A DNA stretch of 64,000 nucleotides from the NCBI GenBank assembly GCA_009914755.4, contig CP068257.2, positions 35,360,001 to 35,424,000 of the forward strand, given 5' to 3'. Shown here one piece after another: positions 1-14,790 of the stretch. The position numbers were made by a program, and so were the translations under genes. Under the pieces are notes generated by a model. The model made no database searches, was not told the DNA's origin, and saw only the letters and a program-made list of their open reading frames with translations. Within the stretch, counting starts at the first letter, position 1, and each line of letters begins with the position of its first letter. Source of the stretch: the human T2T-CHM13v2.0 reference genome, Homo sapiens.

Positions 1-405
1 TAATAATAGCATCCACCTGGTGTGGGTGGGCGGGTTCACAGAGAACAGCCACACAGGCTAAGAGTGCAGACTATTGTGACCCAGCAACTGCCCACCTGGG
101 CAGAGTGAACAGGAAGGGAATAGAAGGGCAACGCGCTTTCACTTCATCCTCATGAGCGCTCTTCGTGGGGAAACTATTACACAAAGTCGGGGTGGGGAGT
201 TCCTTCCCAGTAAATCGAGTTGCCTTTTTCAGGCACGGAAAAGCCCATCTGCCTGAATTTTCCTCAACTGGTCAATCATGGTGCCAGAAGTCCCAACCAC
301 CTGAAGTGCTCCTTCAGGTTAAGTTACTTTATCTGCCAACTGTGTTAGTTTAAACAAGTCAGTTTCCAAGTCCTACGCTGCTGCTTTTATCATCCCATTA
401 ATTTA

Positions 406-720
<315 letters not shown>

Positions 721-1195
721 AAAATTAAGAATAGGACCCCACAGTGTGGGAAGGAGGCTGGAAGCGTCCTGATTAAACTGCAGCCTGAGGACTGCTGGGT
801 GGGATCCTGTAGAGCACACTGAGCCCTGAGAAGGGGGCAAGAAGAGCCCCAGGGTGCAAGGCCAGAGACTAGCTGGGGCAGAGAAGAGTGCGAAGCTGGC
901 AGGACTGAAGGGTCGGGAGACCCTTAAAGAGACCCTGTAGCAGACGCCTTGGGAATGTACGTGTCACCGAGCAAAGCACATGAAGAGAACTGTTCAACAG
1001 CGGACTCAGCTGGGAACTCCAGACACTGCGGCAAAACCAGCACAGATGCATCCTCTCCTGTGGCTAAAAGCTCCATGAGGGGCCAGTGAGTCACATGACA
1101 ACCGAATTTCTCCTCTGCCAATCTGAACATATTCTGGGACTGAGACTTCCGTACTCAGGGAAAACCAATCACACTGCTTAAAAGAAAAAAAAATT

Positions 1196-1512
<317 letters not shown>

Positions 1513-1842
1513 CTACCTATTATAAACCCTTGATGCTATAAATTTAATGGAGCTGGAAATAAATTCCCTGGAAAGACTATGGTGGGAGAAGGGGGGCATT
1601 ACCTTCATCCGTTTACATTCTCCAGCCATGGGAACTAGCTCCTTTGTTTTCACTGAATTTATGTTTCTATAGAGGCACCCAGGATTGAGTCTCCTATAGG
1701 GGGGTCCCATGAAGCTGCCATGCCCCTCTGTTGATACACCTTGCTTTGCAGGTCAATTTGTGATTTTTAAAATGGTTTTATGCAAACGACATATTTAGCC
1801 CAAATGCACTGCAGGTAGCTGGTGATAAAACAGCAATACGGA

Positions 1843-1980
1843 CCAGGCACAGTGGCTCACACCTATAATGCCAGCACTTTGAGAGGCCAAAGCAGAAGGA
1901 TCACTTCAGGCCAGGAGTTTGAGACCGGTCTTTGCAACATAGGGAGACTCCATCTGTACAGAAAATTAAAAATTAGCCAG
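1843..1980 (+). mobile_element. Alu left-monomer (FLAM-like) fragment
   Basis: GGACCAGGCACAGTGGCTCACACCTATAATGCCAGCACTTTGAGAGGCC... ends at linker A-rich region. Confidence 0.7.
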
Positions 1981-2234
1981 GCGGCCAGGTGTGGTGGCTC
2001 ACGCCTGTAATCCTAACACTTTGGGAGGCAAAAGCGGGCAAATCACTTGAACTCAAGTTCAAGACCAGCCTGGGCAACATGGTGAAACCACATCTCTACA
2101 AAAGTAAAGAAAATTAGCCAGGCATGGTGGTGTGTGCCTGTAGTTCCAGCTACTCCTGGGGAGGTCGAGGCTGCAGTGAGCCGCAATCACGCCACTTGTA
2201 CTCCAGCCTGGGCGACAGAGCAAGTCCCCATCTC

Positions 2235-2262
<28 letters not shown>
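1981..2262 (+). mobile_element. Alu (full length), 30-nt poly(A) tail
   Basis: GGCCAGGTGTGGTGGCTCACGCCTGTAATCCTAACACTTTGGGAGGC... 30 A at 2233-2262. Confidence 0.9.
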
Positions 2263-2266
<4 letters not shown>

Positions 2267-2415
2267 TGGGTGTGGTGGTCCCAGATACTCAGAGGCTGAA
2301 AAGGGAGGATTGCTTGAGCCCAGGAGTTCAAGGCTGCAGTGAGCTGCGATCACATCAATGCACTCCATCCAGCCTGAGCAATGGAGTGAGACCCTGACTA
2401 TATTTAAAAAAAAAA
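2263..2415 (+). mobile_element. Alu right-arm fragment
   Basis: GGCTGGGTGTGGTGGTCCCAGATACTCAGAGGCTGAAAAGGGAGGATTGCTTGAGCCCAGGAG... Confidence 0.7.
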
Positions 2416-2759
2416 AAAATAGGAAGAAACAACTCAACCACAGGGCTAGTATGTTACTCGGTTATAAAATGATAAAGCCCTAAACAGAGAATTAGCCCGT
2501 TTCCAGAAGAGGCCAAGAACAGATGATACAGCTGAACTGAACTCCTGCCTGTACAGCTCGTTTTCTACAAGATTCCAGACCTGGAAGATGATGGCATCCA
2601 GCCCCCATTGAAGCACCTCGAACAAGAAAAACGCCGAGTCCGAAGAGCCAGGCCTTGAACACACGATTCCTGTCTATAAATAACTCCCCCTGGGGAATAA
2701 AAAGCAGGATCCAAGGCAGGAAACCCGAGCCGTGGAATCTGGTAAGTTCTTAGGAAACC

Positions 2760-3260
2760 CACTCACGGGCCTGAGTCCCCCGTGGAAGCGGCGACTTCGG
2801 CACCTGGACACCCGAGTCCCCAGAGCCCCGGGCGGCCGCGCGTCCCTACCTGCAGGCCTGATACCGGCCGCGGAGCGCTCCTGGCCCCGCTCCCGCCAGG
2901 CTCCGGGACCGCTGAAACGCACCCAGGGGGGTGAAGGCGTAGTCGCCAAGGACAGCGCAGATGGCAGCGGAGGCATGGGAGCCGGAACCTACCGTGGCAA
3001 AGGGCCAGGTCGGGACGCCCCTCGGCGCAGCCCCAAATCCTGCCCGCGCCCCAGCCCCGCTCAGGCCGCGCCCCTGCCACCTCTGGCCACACGGGCTGAG
3101 ACGTCTGGCTCCTGCACAGCGCACTTCCCGCTGCCCTTCTCCACTGGCTGCTCAGGCCCTGCCTCGCCAGCACGGCATCCGTCCGCGGGGGATCCCTACC
3201 TGTCCTTTAGGGCTTGCCTCATAGGTCAAACGTCACCTCCCAGGGAGGTATGGCCTGCCC
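2760..3260. promoter_or_regulatory. GC-rich CpG-island-like block with three minus-strand splice-donor motifs (candidate alternative 5' exons of the leftward gene)
   Basis: High CpG density; plus-strand CCTACC motifs at about 2846, 2988 and 3196 reverse-complement to CAG|gtaggg, CACG|gtaggt, ACAG|gtaggg. Confidence 0.4.
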
Positions 3261-3602
3261 CCTAGCCAGGTGGGCCCCTTCCACGCTCGCCTGCAACACC
3301 ACCCACCCACCTTGATAACTGCTTGTAAAGGTTGTACTGCTTTCCCCCTTGAGACTGCAAACCTTCAAGGGCAGGAAATGGGTCTGTTTTCCTGGCAAAA
3401 TAATGAAGTTGGCTTAAGGTTTTGCTGAATAAAATGAGTGACAGACAAAAGTAGCCAAATTTGGCACTCCTGATGGGTTATTTGATGAAGGAGGTGCAAT
3501 GTATGGGCTTAACTAGTTATTCTGGATTTCTTTCCCCATGTTACTCCTCCCTAATTCTGATGAGGAACTGAGAGCTGAATCTATTAATCTATTAACTCTT
3601 AA

Positions 3603-3912
3603 CCTTCCTTTTTTTTTTTTTTTTTTTTTTTGAGACGGAGTCTCACTCTGTCACCCAGCCTGGAGTGCAGTGGCACGATCTTGGCTCACTATAACCTCCG
3701 CCTCCCAGGTTCAAGTGATTCTCCTGCCTCAGCCTCTTAAGTATTGGGATTACAGGCGCCCGCCACCATGTCCAGATAATTTTTGTATTTTTAGTAGAGA
3801 CAGTGTTTCACCATGTTGGCCAGGCTAGTCTCAAACTCCTGACCTCAGGTGATCCACCCACCTCAGCCTCCCAAAGTGCTGGGGTTACAGCTGTAAGCCA
3901 CTGCATCCGGCC
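3603..3912 (-). mobile_element. Alu (full length, antisense)
   Basis: poly-T then GAGACGGAGTCTCACTCTGTCACCCAGCCTGGAGTGCAGTGG... ends GCCACTGCATCCGGCC. Confidence 0.9.
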
Positions 3913-4399
3913 TTAACCTTCCTTTTCTAAAGGCACTACCAGACTTCTCCTGCTACCCTAAGGATGGAGTCCTAATTCTGCCACTGGAACCCTGAATGCT
4001 TCACTTTCAGCACAAAAATTTCAAGCAAAGACTTGCAGCCTCTCCTTCTCAGTTTAGGGGAATGGGGGAATTCTTTAATCTGTGGTGGGACACACATGAT
4101 GTTAATTAGAATACTCTCTCCCAAAGAGGAGGAAATAAATAGGAAAATGAATCAAGTCTGATGCCCGGGAAGTGTTTATGGATGTTGTGCAGAATAGCCC
4201 TACCACAAAGAAAATTTCAAATGAGACATCCTATCACTGCTGGGGTTTCTCATAACACAAGAGCTGAGGCTAGGTATGGTTGTTTTTTTTTTCTTGCTTT
4301 ATAAGAATATTATTCAATAAGCAGATTTCCAAGCCTTGCATTCTTTCTATTCAATGTTTCTAAGATTCACACATACAATTTCGCAAAGCTGCATTTTAT

Positions 4400-4700
4400 T
4401 CATGTTCACTGCTATCTAATATTCTATTTGTGATCATATCCTACTTTGTTTAGCCATTCTCCTGGGGATCAACATGGGGTTATCTCCAGTTTGTTTCCTC
4501 TAACAAATAATATTGTTCTGAACATCCACTCGTCTCCTGGAGCCCCTGGGCAAGCATTTCTCTGGGTGTGGACCCATTACTACACCAGGCATACGTCCAG
4601 CAAGCTAATTAATGTGCAGAATTAAGAGATAATGCTAAACTGTTTTCCAAAGCAGTTATACCAATGTACACTCCCATTAAAAGTGACTTTTGTTTTTGAC
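4400..4700 (+). mobile_element. old L1 (L1M-like) ORF2 3'-region fragment
   Basis: resembles L1M ...ctaaactgttttccaaagcagttataccaatgtacactcccatt... segment; diverged. Confidence 0.4.
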
Positions 4701-4957
4701 TCAGTATTTTTCAGGTCAAACACATTTTCCTTTCAATTTTAGATTTATACTGATTTTCACAAACTGTCTTGGAGAATTATGAGGTCCTCAAACACAAAGC
4801 TTCATATTGTGGTTCTTAGTCAAGAAAATCTCCTAGAGGCAATGATCCAGCTAATTACAGATCCCCTATTGTCCACGTCTAAATTTACGCATTGTAGCTG
4901 GGATTAGACCCATGAATCCTAGGACAATGCCAGGGGTGTCATTAACTTAAAAACTCT

Positions 4958-5278
4958 GGCAGGCCAAGTGCAGTGGATCACGCCTGTAATCCTAGCACTT
5001 TGGGAGACCGAGGCAGGTGGATCACGAGGTCAGGAGTTGAAGACCAGCCTGGCCAAGATGGTGAAACCCCATCTCTACTAAAAATACAAAAATTAGCCAG
5101 CCATGGTGGCACGCACCTGTAATCCCAGCTACTCGGGAAGCTGAGGCAGAGAATTGCTTAAACCCAGAAGGCGGAGGCGGAGGTTGCAGTGAGCCGAGAT
5201 TGTGCCAATGCACTACAGCCTGGGCGACACAGCGAGACTCCGTCTCAAAAAAAAAACAAAAACAAAAACAAAAAAACT
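4958..5278 (+). mobile_element. Alu (full length)
   Basis: GGCCAAGTGCAGTGGATCACGCCTGTAATCCTAGCACTTTGGGAGACCGAGG... tail (CAAAA)n. Confidence 0.9.
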
Positions 5279-5414
5279 CTGGCGTAAGCATGGTGTGGAG
5301 AGTGTCTGCAGTGATATGAGAATCCTGGGCACAACAGCATAAGCAGCTGCCTTCAGAATCTACCGCTCTTGCCTCCCACGGTCCATACAACCTCTTCTTT
5401 ATTTTCTTCTTTTT

Positions 5415-5722
5415 TAATGTTTGTTTATTTATTTATTTAATGAGACAGAGTCTCACTCTGTCACCCAAGCTGGAGTGCAGAAGCACGATCTTGGCTCACT
5501 GCAACCCCCGCCTCCTGGGTTCAAGTGATTCTCCTGCCTCAGCCTCCGAAGTAGCTAGGACTACAGGTGCCCACCACCACACCCAGCTAATTTTTGTATT
5601 TTTAGTAGAGATGGGGTTTCACTATGTTGGCCAGGCTGGTCTCGAACCCCTGACCTCAAGTGACCCGCCCACCTCGACCTCCCAAAGTGCTAGGATTACA
5701 GGCACGAGCCACCGCGCCCAGC
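5415..5722 (-). mobile_element. Alu (antisense)
   Basis: GAGACAGAGTCTCACTCTGTCACCCAAGCTGGAGTGCAG... GCCACCGCGCCCAGCC. Confidence 0.9.
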
Positions 5723-5767
5723 CTGTGAAGGCTTTAATAGCAACAATCCTTATAAAAATGATTTTTT

Positions 5768-6061
5768 TGGCCGGGCGCAGTGGCTCACGCCTGTAATCCC
5801 AACACTTTGGGAGGCTGAGGCGGGCAGATCACGAGGTCAGGAGATCGAGACCATCCTGGTTAACATGGTGAAACCCAGTCTCTACTAAAAATACAAAAAA
5901 TTAGCCCGGCGTGGTGGCGGGCACCTGTAGTCCCAACTACTCAGGAGGCTGAGGCAGGAGAATGGCGTGAACCCGGGAGGCAGAGCTTGCAGTGAGACGA
6001 GATGGTGTCACTGCACTCAAGCCTGGGTGACGCAGAGAGACTCCGTCTCAAAAAAAAAAAA
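5768..6061 (+). mobile_element. Alu (full length)
   Basis: GGCCGGGCGCAGTGGCTCACGCCTGTAATCCCAACACTTTGGGAGGCTGAGGCGGGCAGATCACGAGGTCAGGAGATCGAGACC. Confidence 0.9.
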
Positions 6062-6352
6062 AATTTTTTTTTTTAAGACAGGGTATATCACAGGCTGGAG
6101 TGCAGTGGTGCTATCATAGCTCACTGTAGCCTCAAACTCCTGTGCTTAACTGACCCTCCTGCCTCAGCCTCCCAAGTAGCTGATACTATATGCACAAACC
6201 ACCATTGCCTGCTAATTATTTTTGTATTTTGTATAGAGATGGGTTCTTGCTATGTTGCCCAGGCTGGTCTCGAACTCCTGGCCTCAAACGATCTAACCAC
6301 CTTTGCCTCACAAAGCCCTAGAATCATATACATAAGCCACCACACCTGGCCA
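6062..6352 (-). mobile_element. Alu (older, AluJ-like, antisense)
   Basis: TTTTTTAAGACAGGGTATATCACAGGCTGGAGTGCAGTGGTGCTATCATAGCTCACTGTAGCC... diverged. Confidence 0.85.
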
Positions 6353-6417
6353 AGAATGATTTTTTTAAATTGGAAAATTTTAAATGTTCAATAAGGAACA
6401 TATTAAGCAAACTGTGG

Positions 6418-6790
6418 TAGAGTAGTCCCCCCTTATCCACAAGGGGTATGTTCCAAGACCCCCAGTGGACGCCTGAACCCTATATATATTGTTTTTTCCT
6501 ATTACTTACCTATGACAAAGTTTATACGTTAGGCACAATAACAAATTAACAACTAATAATAAAATAGGGTAATAATAAACTAATAATAAAATTAAATAAA
6601 GTAAGAATGACTAGAACACAAGCACTGTGATACCACAACAGTCGATCTGATCACCAACAGAGCTACTAAGTGACAAATGGGAGAATCTGCTGGACAAAGA
6701 GATGATTCGTGTCCCAGGTGAGACAGAACAGGAAGGTGTGAGATTTCATCATGCTGTTCCGAACCGCACACAATTTAAAACTCATGAATT
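6418..6790. mobile_element. Tigger-like (pogo family) DNA-transposon fragment
   Basis: AGTAGTCCCCCCTTATCCACAAGGGGTATGTTCCAAGACCCCCAGTGGACGCCTGAACCCTATATATA... resembles Tigger terminal region; family name from memory. Confidence 0.5.
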
Positions 6791-7055
6791 ATGTTCTCAC
6801 TTCTAAGTGGGAGCTCAATAATGTGTACACATGGACACAGAGAGTGGAATAACAGGCATTGGAGGCTCAGAAGGGTGGAAGGGGTGAACAATGAGAAATT
6901 ACTTAATGGGTACAATGTACATGATCAGGGGTGATGGCTGCACTCAAAATCCAGACTTCACCACTTCCCAATATACCCATGTAACAAAACAGGGGCACTT
7001 GTACCCTCTAAATCTATCAAAATTAAATAAACAAATAAATCTTATGAAATGTTCT
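6783..7055 (+). mobile_element. L1 3' end fragment (sense)
   Basis: ATGTTCTCACTTCTAAGTGGGAGCTCAATAATGTGTACACATGGACACAGAGAGTGGAATAACAGGC... matches L1 3' UTR. Confidence 0.8.
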
Positions 7056-7527
7056 GGAATGTTCCATTTTATATTTTCTTTTTCTTGTTTTTTTTTTTTC
7101 ATTTAATATTTTCAAACTGCAGTTGGCCACAGGTAACTGAAACCTTGGAAAGCAACAGCACAGCTAAGGGGACAATTACTATATATCCATTCAGTGGTAC
7201 AAAGTATAACTTTCTTTCCAGAACCATTTGAGATTAAATTGCAGAAACCATGACCCTTCACCCTAGTACTTCAAGCTGTATTTCCTAAGAACAAGAATAT
7301 TTCTCCAACATAACCACACTGCAATGATCAGATGCAGAAAATTTAACACTGCAATATTCAGATTCAGGTATCAGCATCCATCCAATGCTAATAACTGCTA
7401 TTCACATTTAGTCAATTGTCCCAAATAACATTCTTGCTAGCAGTATTATTTTTCCCAATGCAAGGACACACATGTCATTTAGCTGCCATGTCTCTTTATT
7501 CCCTTTTAATCTGGAATAGTTCCTTAG

Positions 7528-8027
<500 letters not shown>

Positions 8028-8194
8028 TCAATTTGTGTTTGTCTAATGTTTCCTAAATCCAATTCAGGTTATGCATTTTTGGCACAGGATGTCAGTTCAA
8101 ATTGATGACGCTGACTTTGTTCACATGGTTAAGGTGGTTTCCAGAAGAACCACTATAAAGGTTCCTTGTATATGTTTGTAATTCATACGTAATC

Positions 8195-8570
8195 TGTGGA
8201 GTGAGGCTTTGGCATCTTATTCCCCAGTGCTATGGTTTGAATGTATTCCCCAAGTGCATGTGTTGGAAATGTAATCCCCAGTGCAACAGTGTTGAGAGGT
8301 GGGTGATTTGGTCATAAAGGCTCTGCTGTTATTGCGGGAGTGGGCTCCTGATAAAGGGATGAGTTTGGCCCCTTCCTTTCTCTTTCCCTTGCTCACCCTC
8401 TTGCCCTTCTGCTTTCCACCATGAGATGATGCAGCCAGAAGGCCCTCACCAGATGTGGCTCCTCAATCTTGGACTTCCCAGCCTCCAGAACCATAAGGCA
8501 AATACATTTCTGTTCATTATAAATTACCCAGTCTCAGGTATTCTGTTACGGAAGCATAAAACAGACCAAG
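8195..8570. mobile_element. interspersed repeat, common primate family (name not recalled)
   Basis: ...atggtttgaatgtattccccaagtgcatgtgttggaaatgtaatcccca...cttggacttcccagcctccagaaccataaggcaaatacatttctgttcattataaattacccagtctcaggtattctgttac; same family as 51890-52570. Confidence 0.6.
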
Positions 8571-8613
8571 ACACCCAGTAAGCGCCCACCTGAATGAGTC
8601 ATGACTGTGTTAG

Positions 8614-8941
<328 letters not shown>

Positions 8942-9545
8942 TAACGTTTTCTGTATGATTAGTCAAATGCAGTAGTGAGAAGGGGGAAAAGAATAAAACA
9001 AAGAGTTCAATCTGTAACTGACCATGAACAATCAATTGAGATAACTTGCTACCTTCAGACTAGCCAACTTTTCCAACTCTGTTGTTCCTTCAGCAATCAT
9101 TAGCTGGCATTCTCCTCTTCTACCTCTGTTTATGTATTTGTTGGTAAGTTTATTTGCTTTTTAGTATGACTCTGGACTCATGGATTCTCTTTTATTCAAC
9201 GTGATAATTCATTATTGCCATTATTAATTTTGATATTCAAATTGTTCCAGGTTTGGCCACTGGAGCCCCATCAAGCTGACCCCTGTGTCCTTCTGACCTG
9301 TCTCTATCATTCTTTGAGCACCTCCTTGTGTTTTGAACAAGCCGCTCCTGACTCATCGTTGACCTTCCCTCCCCTTCCCACAATGAGCCATTTCTCCTAG
9401 GAGCTCTGACTCCTTTTAATGGACAATGGTATTTAGAAAACAAGATATGGGCATGAGGAATGCTCATTGCTACTTGGGTGGCCCTGCTCCCCAGCTCTCT
9501 CAGCAGACAGATCTTAGAAATAACTCAAGTCAAAATGAAAAGCAG

Positions 9546-9874
<329 letters not shown>

Positions 9875-10499
9875 CTATAAAGGTTCCTTTTTTATCTTTG
9901 TAATTAATAAGTAATCTGTGGAATCTCTCATTCCAATTCATGGAGCTCTTCTTTGCCTTCCTTCACTCCATATTTTTATCTTTCTTCTCTCATAGTGAGG
10001 ATCCCAGCTCCCAAGAATATCATTATATTTACTTATTTGTTTAATCCTACAATACACAGAAAATATTTTCAGAATTGCTATACCAGATCACTACCAACTA
10101 AGTGAAGTACAAAATTTCTTTGTAGTTTTGTTTGTTTACACACAGGTGGATAGTCAAAGAGCTGTGTTCAAAGTTATTTGAGTTTGCCTTTCTATGACTA
10201 ATTTACTATGCAGTTTAGCTCATTTGTTCACTTCTGTTTGTATTCAATTTTAGGTTTCCTTTCCCCCATCTTATGTTGATTTAGTTTTTCTTTTTAAATA
10301 CTAAAACATTAACATGTTTTGAAAAGTCAAAACTGCCCCCAAAAAAGGTATGCCTGGAGATGTGTCATTTCCTCTTAGACTTTCACCCCATTCTCATCCA
10401 CCCACTGCAAGTAGCCAATTTATTAGTTTCTAGTTTTTTCTTCCTAGGTTTCTTTTTTCCCTTTTCTCTTTTTCTTTCCAAAAATAAGGAGATACTTGA

Positions 10500-11215
10500 A
10501 TGTTTCACACAAAAAGTAGCCTAACACAGTACTCTCTGTTTAACTTTTGTTCACTTCCTAGTACTGTATACCCTAGAAATCACTCCACATCAGTTCAGAG
10601 ACCTTCCTCACTGTTTTTTATACGTGCATTGTGTGGATGTACCAGGGTTTATTCACCCAATTGCCTATGTATTGGCACTGAAGTTGTTTCCAAAATTTTG
10701 CCATTGCAAACAATGCTGCAATGAGTGACCTTGTACATATATACACTTTTATACTGGTGTAGGCGTTTCTCCAGAGTAAATTCCTACCTGTAGAATTGCT
10801 GGGTCAAGGGGTAAATGCATATGTAGTTTTGTTAAACAATGCTAAATGTTCCTCTCTAGGAGTTGGACCATCTTGCATTCCCACCAGCAATGTATGAGAG
10901 CATCTGTTACCCCACAGACTGTCCTGTTGCTTTGCACTTAGCAACGGGATCAGTTAGAACCGTGATGGTATCTCAGAGTACCCTGCATTTCTCCTCCTAT
11001 GGGAGAAACGGAACATCTTTTCATTGAAGGGCCAGTTTTATGTCATTTTTGTGCAGATTGTCAGTTCATGTTTTTTGCCTATTTGGTCTTTGCTTCCCTC
11101 AATGTTTGAGTTATTTACATACTTGGGATCTTAACCCTTTATCTGTGATAGATGTTGCAAATATTTTTTCCCAGTTTGACATCTGTCTTTAATCAATGGT
11201 AGGGGATTTTTTTTT
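10500..11215 (+). mobile_element. old L1 (L1M/L1P-like) ORF2 fragment (sense)
   Basis: ...tgcattcccaccagcaatgtatgagagcatctgttaccccacag... and ...gttgcaaatattttttcccagtttgacatctgtctttaatc match L1 ORF2 3' region. Confidence 0.7.
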
Positions 11216-11224
11216 CTTTTTCCT

Positions 11225-11261
11225 TTTAATTTTATTTTATTTTATTTATTTATTTATTTAT
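11225..11261. repeat. (TTTA)n/(TTTATT)n simple repeat
   Basis: ttttattttattttatttatttatttatttatt directly 5' of antisense Alu. Confidence 0.8.
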
Positions 11262-11834
<573 letters not shown>

Positions 11835-11879
11835 CGCCCGGCCCCAGCTTCCGTTTTTTAATGTTATTATGTATCAGTC

Positions 11880-12830
11880 TTTTTTTTCCGGGCACTTAGG
11901 CGCTGGGTCATTAGGAAGCCTTTCCCCACACGCAGGTCCTAGTCAACCGTGCTTTTTAGCGGCGAGTAGGCCCTGCGGCTCTGCCCCTAACATGGGCGCG
12001 GGGCACGCGGCCAGGGGCCCGTGGGAGGGGGACAGGGCGCGCGAACCCAGGTTCTCAGGCCGCGTCGCCGCGCGTGCGCACTGACAGCCGGGCCGAGCCA
12101 GCCCGGGTCCCGCAGGGAAGAACGCCAGCGGCGCGCGGAGGCCGCGCTGCCCTGGGCCGCGAGGTCCCTATGGCTGCCCCACCGGAAGCCCCGCCCCCTT
12201 CTGGCAGCTGGAGGCGGCTTTCCGGCCGTCCCGGCTGCAGCCCCGAGGCCTCGACTCAGGAGACGGCTGTTCCCTGGCAGAGGCTCGCGGTGGACTGCCT
12301 GACCCTCGCCCGGCCCCAGCACGCCCCCGGCGAACGCCCACCCCTGTCCCGGCCCGCAGCGCCCCGACTTACTTCTGAGGCCGAAACGCGGCCGCTCCTG
12401 CGCCGGGTGGTCGCCCGCGAATCCCTGCCGCGCCGCGCTGCGCCCTCTCGTGGCCCGCCTGGTGGTGCAACTGGGCTCTCTGCGCAGGGCCGCGGGGCCG
12501 CCTGGCCTCCTCCTGCCCTGGCCGCGGTGCCGCGCGCTCGGGAACGCGGGCCTTTCGCCGCTAGCCAGCTTCTGCCTCTCGGCCACCTGTCCTCTCTCGC
12601 CCACGCTGCCTGGGAGGCGCGCTTCTGCCGCCTTCTTGCCGCGCTCGCTCTAGCCTCGCCCACTCCTGCGGCCTTACAGGGCCGAACCTCACCCTGCCCT
12701 GCGGAAGGCAGGCCTACACCTTCCCTCCGCGCCTTCCTCCCTGACCGGCACCAAACACCACGTTGCCCTTTCCAGCATCGACGACCTATTCCCCAGTTCT
12801 CTGACACCAGCTGAATTAGCGCGAAACTAC
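11880..12830. promoter_or_regulatory. CpG island / promoter of a minus-strand transcript (probably the HLCS 5' end)
   Basis: About 950 bp of very high GC and CpG content, no TATA, GC boxes; holds a minus-strand exon with donor at 12372. Confidence 0.6.
12372..12650 (-). other. putative noncoding first exon, minus strand (candidate HLCS exon 1); 5' end uncertain
   Basis: Reverse complement of 12366-12380 is CCTCAGAAG|gtaagtcgg, a near-consensus donor. No ATG in the upstream exon sequence. Assignment to HLCS rests on recalled gene order. Confidence 0.35.
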
Positions 12831-14339
12831 TGGTTAAGGGATTAGCCCAGGGAGACTGCCCTCCCTTCGCCAGCCACAAGCGGGGTGCCCAGAATGCCCG
12901 CATTTCTACCCTGCCCACTAGAAACTGAGGGATTGCCACAGCTCCCGTGAGGTTCAGCAATTCCCTGGGACGACACAGAACTCAGGGAGACACTTTACTG
13001 TTAGAAGATTATTGTAAAGAACACAACTCGGTAACAGCCGAGTGCAAGAGATGCGCAGCACGGGGGGTGAAGGGCGGGAGTGCTGTCCTCACAGCACCTC
13101 TGTGTGCCCACCTGCCTGGAAGCTCTCCGAACCCTGTTTAAGAGATTTTTATCCAGGTTTCATTATGTCATTGGCCATTAGTGATTGAATTCAACCTCCA
13201 GCCCCTTTCCCTTCCCGCAAGAGGAGTAGGGACATGTTGGAGCTGAATGAAAGTTACAACCCTCTGATCACATGGTGTGTTGCACCAGCCCCACCCTGAA
13301 TCCATCCTAGAGCCCGCAATTAGCCACCTCATTAGTAGAAACTGTGATTTGACTAAGGGAGTCATTATGAATAACAAAAACACTCCTATTGCCTAGGAAA
13401 TTCCAAGGGGTTTAGGAGTTCTGTGTCAGGAACTGGGGACAAAGACCAAATAGATTTTTTATACCAAACTCCCTAAACCAATAACCCAGTTTAATCGTGA
13501 GAAAAACATCAGACAAATCCCAGCAGAGGGACATTGTACAAAATAGCCAACCTAAAATCGGTCAAGGTTGTGAATGTGGTCAGAATCAAAATGGTGGAGT
13601 CATTTGTGTTAAAAGAGAGAGAAAAAAAAAATGACAAATAGAGCTGGGGAAAGCCATGAAGAGGATTCTTGTTCCTAAATGCGTGATGTCACAAATGCTC
13701 ATAAAAGATCAACACTGTCCACAGAGGCCATGTCAGCCTTCCCAAAAGAAGATTCCTGCCAGGACATCTGCCCAGCAATAGCCTGTCCAACTTCAGACTG
13801 GTATCACCCTGATCGATACTTGTAGCTGAGGCTAATTATCAAAAACAATATGTAATCCTCCTCATTTTTTCTTTAAAAATCTTGGTCTTCCTTTACCTCC
13901 CTGAATTTCACACACATAGCTTAAAATGGCCCACATGGCTCCATTGCAATGCCCTGTTCCCAAATAAATACCATTTTCTTTTAGAGAACCTCTCTGTTAT
14001 GGAGGTTGACAAGGTCACCAAAACCAAAGAGAGTGTGAGGAACTGCCTCAGCCAAGAGGCATCTAAGGAGACATGATGGTTAAATGTAAGTGGTGTCCTA
14101 GATGGGATCCTGGAACAGAAAAAGGACATTGGTAGAAAATGGAGGAAATTTAAATAATGTACCAATAATATCAATAATATAACGTACCAATGTTGGTTTA
14201 TTAATTGTTAACAAATGTGCCATACTAATGTAAGATACAAATATGAGGAAACTGGTTTATGGGAACTCTCTGCACTATCTTGCAAATTATCTGTAAATCT
14301 TAAACTATTCTAAAAATAACGCTTTAAAAAAAAATTAGA

Positions 14340-14790
<451 letters not shown>

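Noticed and set aside
5022-5796. Numerous 60-150-aa ORFs throughout (for example 5022-5390, 5440-5796, 42040-42474, 50202-50597)
   Set aside because: Each lies within an Alu element. Alu right and left arms commonly give open frames such as ...[20 protein letters not shown].... These are repeat-derived.
11987-12960. Long overlapping ORFs on both strands (205, 246 and 234 aa) inside the first CpG island
   Set aside because: Arg/Gly/Pro/Ala-rich translations typical of GC-rich DNA. They overlap one another in different frames and strands and have no recognisable domain. An island with a splice donor but no ATG fits a noncoding first exon instead.
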